A DNA stretch of 42,799 bases from Klebsormidium nitens (lineage: Eukaryota > Plantae > Klebsormidiophyceae): NCBI GenBank assembly GCA_000708835.1, contig DF237644.1, positions 1-42,799 on the forward strand, written 5' to 3'. The notes beneath the pieces were generated by a model, which was not told the origin of the DNA, ran no database searches, and saw only the letters and a program-made list of their open reading frames with translations. The position numbers were made by a program, and so were the translations under genes. Below, piece by piece: positions 38,530-42,799 of this stretch; within the stretch, counting starts at the first letter, position 1; every line of letters starts with the position of its first letter.

Positions 38530-39053
38530 TGTTCAGAGTGATGTTGTTTTCGTTTAAATATTTCTCTTTTTTTCTTTTTTCGGCATTTCGTGCATTGATC
38601 GAAGGGTTGCGTGGCGGTCATCGCAACCGTCGATTGACCCTAAGGAGGACCCGCCAATTGTTCGAAGTAGAGGTAATCCTGCCAATGTCATGCCGGCTGA
38701 TCAACGGCAAACATGTCAAATCGCCCCGCGATCAACGGCAGGGACCGACTTCAGCGGCCCACAAATCCTCGACCGGGCAGAAGCCTTGGTTTATAAACAG
38801 TCGTAACTCCTCGAGATACCAGACGGTCGCTAGGCGAGCCACTGGGCATAATGGGGCCCAAAGTGACGCCGGCAAAAATGCCAGCTCTCAATTTGGTCGT
38901 CTCGCTCGCTCAAAGGGTGTCTTGAAAGAGATGCCGCCATGGCGCACCGTTTTGCAAGTACGAGCCTGACTATCGACGGTTGAACGGCGACCACGTAGCT
39001 GCCTAGCGGCCCACGAAGAATTCGAAAAGTGATATCCGGGTTCATAAGGCGGA

Positions 39054-40708
39054 ATGTCGTCAGATCTCCTCGAACGGGTCCTACAGTGCAAAGTCTGGGC
39101 CGCGCCTCCGACTTGTGTGCTGGCAAAGCATTTGCCAGTCATACATGTACTGAAGGTGTAAGGCTCAACGAGGTTAGGGGAAATTGCTGTAACCCGTTTT
39201 GTTTTTCCTTCCTTTTCCACAGAAACTTATTCATTGAATCTAATAAATCAAGAGCAAAACGGTACGCCGAGGCTAGCCAATGCGCACTATTGAGCGATTG
39301 AAAGCGGACGTGCTATGGCATTCTTGCCACCACTGCCGCCAACTATCTCGCTCAGCAGATCACCCGGCGGCCGTCTGGAAATCTGTGAAATTATTTCCCT
39401 TATTAAGCTTCCTTTCCAGTGATGAGCAGATTGTGGGTCAGAGAACTTGTCTCTGCCGCCGATGTCAGAGCCATCTGCAGTCTTCGTCGTACGATCAAGC
39501 GACCGCCGACCCGGAAGAAGTTGTGACAGCTGAGCATCATTCAAATTTATTGTGCGCAGGAAGCTTCGCCGCCGGACATCGAAGGTGCTTCACCCGAGCT
39601 CGAAGCGAGCGTGACACTCGCCGGCCTCGCACAGGTAAGTTAATCCATACAATGGACGGATCTGGTCAAACTGTACCGGATTGGAAGGCCTTCCGCCGTT
39701 CGATGACAGGCACGCAACTTCCCTATTGACCCACAAACTTCTGGGTCATCGTAATCCCGGAATGTATACGCATTTTGAGCCGGTTACAGTGAACGGGTAC
39801 TACACTGCAGAGCCTGCGCCGAGTTTGTGCGTGAGCTGACGAAGTATTCGTCAGTGACGCACTTGCAGGCGAAGGCGCAGCATCTCTGAAGCCCCTGTGT
39901 AGCCCGTTTTGCATCCGTTGCTTTCAACGTGACTGTTGCATCCAACGGTGCCAAACGAGTTGCATTACTGACGACACTTATTATTCCGCACCTATCAAGA
40001 CATGGGTACGACCTGTATACGGACCAGGAGATCGAGGCTTGCGCCGCTCTAGCTTCGCTGATCAAGGTCGGTCATCCAACCTTTCATACGAAGTTCGTAG
40101 CTCTTTCCGCCTCTCTTCGTACCCTCAGTCAATGAAGCAACTCCATTTGCATAGCAAAACAAATTTGATTCTCTAACCTACGTAATGTTATGTATCATTG
40201 AGCATATGCCAGGTTTATTTTCTTGCAGAGACCTGCGCACGCCGACAATCAGCACCGCAGCAGTTTCGACGATTCAGCCCCCGCGAGCGCCCTTCCTGGA
40301 AGCGACCACTCGCCAGACAGCCCACAGACTCCACGGACAGGGCTCCAACCTTCTCCAGAGGTGCCGTCTTGTCACGAAGACTCAGACCCTGCGGCCACTG
40401 AGCTGCTTCCGGCGTGGGCGGATACAACGCCTCTGCCTTCATCTGATGACGAAGATGACGTCAGCAAACCGAGCGGGAACGGAGGAGTCGGGACCACGGA
40501 GATCCTGGAGGACGGTCAAGCGGACCCTGATCCAGAGTGCGGCAGCCAGATGGGGAGTTATGCAGAGACAAGGATGCAGACTGTGGGCGGTGCGCATGGC
40601 CGAACCCCACAGCTACTAGATCGAGAAAGTCAATCCGACGAGCAGATCGTTAGAGCAATCGAAGCAGAATCGGGCGTGATCGAAGCACGCGATCTTCTAG
40701 GGATTTAG
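39054..40708 (+). pseudogene. Multi-exon orphan gene with acidic Ser/Pro-rich last exon; partly decayed
   Basis: Candidate exons: MSSDLLERVLQCKVWAAPPTCVLAKHLPVIHVLK (39054), gcgcag|EASPPDIEGASPELEASVTLAGLAQ|gtaag (about 39560-39634), VAFNVTVASNGAKRVALLTTLIIPHLSRHGYDLYTDQEIEACAALASLIK|gtcggt (to about 40066), and a final exon RPAHADNQ...SSDDEDD...ARDLLGI* (about 40229-40708). In-frame TGA codons occur in upstream exons. Start uncertain. Confidence 0.45.
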
Positions 40709-40786
40709 GAATAATCACTTGGACCACTTGCAGTTCCCCGCATCCTTACGCTGCTTGAACTTTGCTTGCAAGTTTACTTCACTCAC

Positions 40787-42799
40787 GCTTCGAACATCGC
40801 TTCGTCCACATTCCTCCCGTTCATGCTAGACCACCAAATCTTGACCCAGTGGTGCTCGTGCTCTCCCCTCTCCGTGGATGTCCAGCGAGTGGCCCCTAGG
40901 CGCCGAACGGTGGCAGTGAACTTGGAGAGGTCGTGATACTTGCGGAAATTCCACGCCGAATTTTGCAGGCCGGCGATCGCGGTGCACTTGTCGTCAAAAT
41001 GGCGGAGCAGACGATCGGACTCCTTCAGGGTATCCTCGTTGTGGATGCCCTTTTCGAGCCAAAAGGTCGCCTTGAACCCAGTCCACCAAAGCCACCGCCC
41101 ATTCCACGAGGAGGTCTACCCCGTTTGAACGGAACAGACCTGACACCAGGATCGGGAGCACCTGAAGATGCAACATAGGGAGGGTATGAGTTGGAGGACA
41201 GATTAACTATGATTTGAAAGGTGGTGAAGGTCGCTTACAGCCTATTAATAATGGCCGTCCGATCACACGACAATTGTCTATTCCAAGCTTCACACCACTC
41301 AGCCCAATGGTCTGAATCGATTACCTGCATGACGGCCTTCCACTCATAGTTGGGCACGGAGTAGCGCTCTGTGAAAAACTCCTTGCTCGCTGGCAGCCGC
41401 AAACCGGGGTTGTAGTAGAGGTAGATTTGGTGGAGGCGTATGTTCATTAGTGAGAGGAAGGTTGCCTTGCCATCTGGGTGAATCTCGGCGACCGCGTCCA
41501 GAATGTTGAGGAAGTGGGACCCCAACACCCCGCCGTACACTGTGTGCAGATCGTCGGGGACCATCTTGGGGTAAGGGGCGTTCCAGGGCCGGGTGCCGTA
41601 CTTCCAGCCGAAGAACCATGGCTGCAAAAGGCCGACCGCAAGAGTTGATTGCGGGAAACGGTTCGTCGATGCTGCCGACTCATGATCAGTACTTCAGTAC
41701 GCCATGTGGAACTTTTTCCGCTAGCTTTTGCGAAACCTCAACACGAAGGCGCACACCTTCTGATACCGAGACTCTGAAGCACTTTGACAGGATCTTGGGC
41801 GCTGGCAAAGAATTTTGAAAGTCTGTGCGCGCCTCTCCGATCAAGGGTTCTATAACGTAACTCTTCGATTGGATTCTGGGCGTCAGTCTCTCAGCAAATG
41901 GCGTGTTCCCTCTCACCATCTGGGGGTGCACCCCGTGCTTCTTCATCTCCTCCGTAACCCGGACCATGGGCACCCGTGGGTCTTCTTTGAGGTCGAGGAT
42001 GGTGTTAACAGCCACACGCATCTTCTTTTCCTCTCGCGGAGGGTAATCGCCATCGACGGCCTCGTAGAGTCGGTTCAACTCCTTTGGCGGGACGAGGCAG
42101 GAGTCGCAGTGGTTACTTTTGACGTTTGAGATGGTGGAGGCCTCTCCGAGGTCTTTGCTGATGCAGAACAGCTGCGGAACGCCCTTCCGGTGGACGCCAT
42201 GCGGGTCCACGAAGTCGATCCCTGACCACGACGCCTTCCGCGCGCTCGCCGTGATGATCGGCAACGAACTGGTGATGAAGTGGTGCTTCACGTCGCGGTG
42301 CGCGTCCGACTTGGGCTTGTAGCCAGGCTGCGGCCAGTCGGGATCGGGCTTGGGCTGTGGGAGCAAGGCGACGAGCTCCAAACCACCTCTCTCGTTGTAG
42401 AAGCCCCAGCTGAAGTTGGCAAGGGACACGTACATAGGGAACACGGACACGCGGCGGAGGCCGTCCATGGTAGTTTTGTCCAGGTATATGATGATGGGTA
42501 GCACCACATGCTCGCCTTGGAATTTGGGATCTTGGTCAATCTGCAGGCAGTCACGCGTCAGAAAGTTGAAGAAGAAAGGCTCACTTTCAAGGCCCACTTG
42601 CAAGCTCGAGCAAGCAGGTATTGGTTGCCGCCAACATTGATCACATGATGCTGACCAAACCGGAGGAAGCAAGCACGATTGCTGCAAGGTCCCTGGGTTT
42701 GTTGGGGCCCACCTTCTCCTGCATCTTGTTCCACCATGTGCCCGTAGACGGGTGGTCATATTCCCGGATCCCCGTGTCCACCTCCTTCATTGTACCGTC
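40787..42799 (-). mobile_element. Plavaka-family (CMC/CACTA-related) DDE transposase gene, spliced, 5' end outside the window; one +1 frameshift
   Basis: Exons 42799-42713 (REYDHPSTGTWWNKMQ), 42540-41917 (LPIIIYLDKT; FPMYVSLAN; LVALLP; SKDLGEA; HCDSCLVP), 41621-41325 (MVPDDLHTVYGG) and 41161-40787 (NFRKYHDL; RRLGATRWTSTERGEHEH). These match the ordered Plavaka motifs I recall (TGxWW..Q, ii.y.DkT, PvY.t.gN, aD.pE, C..C.vp, pD.LH, KxH, G....sT...E..H). No in-frame stops; one extra G at about 41077. Confidence 0.85.

Noticed and set aside
1-42799. CRISPR array, rRNA, LTR/RT retroelement or telomeric array
   Set aside because: No regularly spaced repeats, rRNA signatures, YxDD-type reverse transcriptase context or tandem telomere repeats were seen.

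Overview
This is eukaryotic genomic DNA (roughly 50% GC, many short GT-AG introns); no prokaryotic operon structure, rRNA, tRNA or CRISPR array was seen. The intron style and a plant-type PrimPol suggest a green-lineage genome, possibly a streptophyte alga such as Klebsormidium (inference only). Most ORFs in the six-frame track are antisense shadows or exon fragments, so I rebuilt genes by manual splicing. From left to right: (i) two decayed multi-exon orphan genes on the minus strand (about 1.3-8.2 kb); (ii) a frameshifted short-chain dehydrogenase/reductase (SDR) gene with a predicted signal peptide and Cys-rich tail (10.0-14.1 kb) and a 5'-truncated genomic duplicate (23.4-25.5 kb), separated by another decayed orphan region; (iii) a palindrome cluster (26.4-26.9 kb); (iv) a long minus-strand gene starting with a DUF3987-type P-loop ATPase that probably splices into GATA-like zinc-finger and low-complexity exons (34.9 to about 27 kb); (v) head-to-head with it, an 11-exon PrimPol with AEP catalytic motifs and a C-H-C-C zinc finger (35651-38529); (vi) an orphan gene; (vii) a spliced Plavaka-family DDE transposase running off the right edge. 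The most interesting signal is the divergent primase-polymerase plus ATPase pair beside a Plavaka transposase. It could be the replication module of an undescribed self-priming mobile element, but element ends are not demonstrated in this window.
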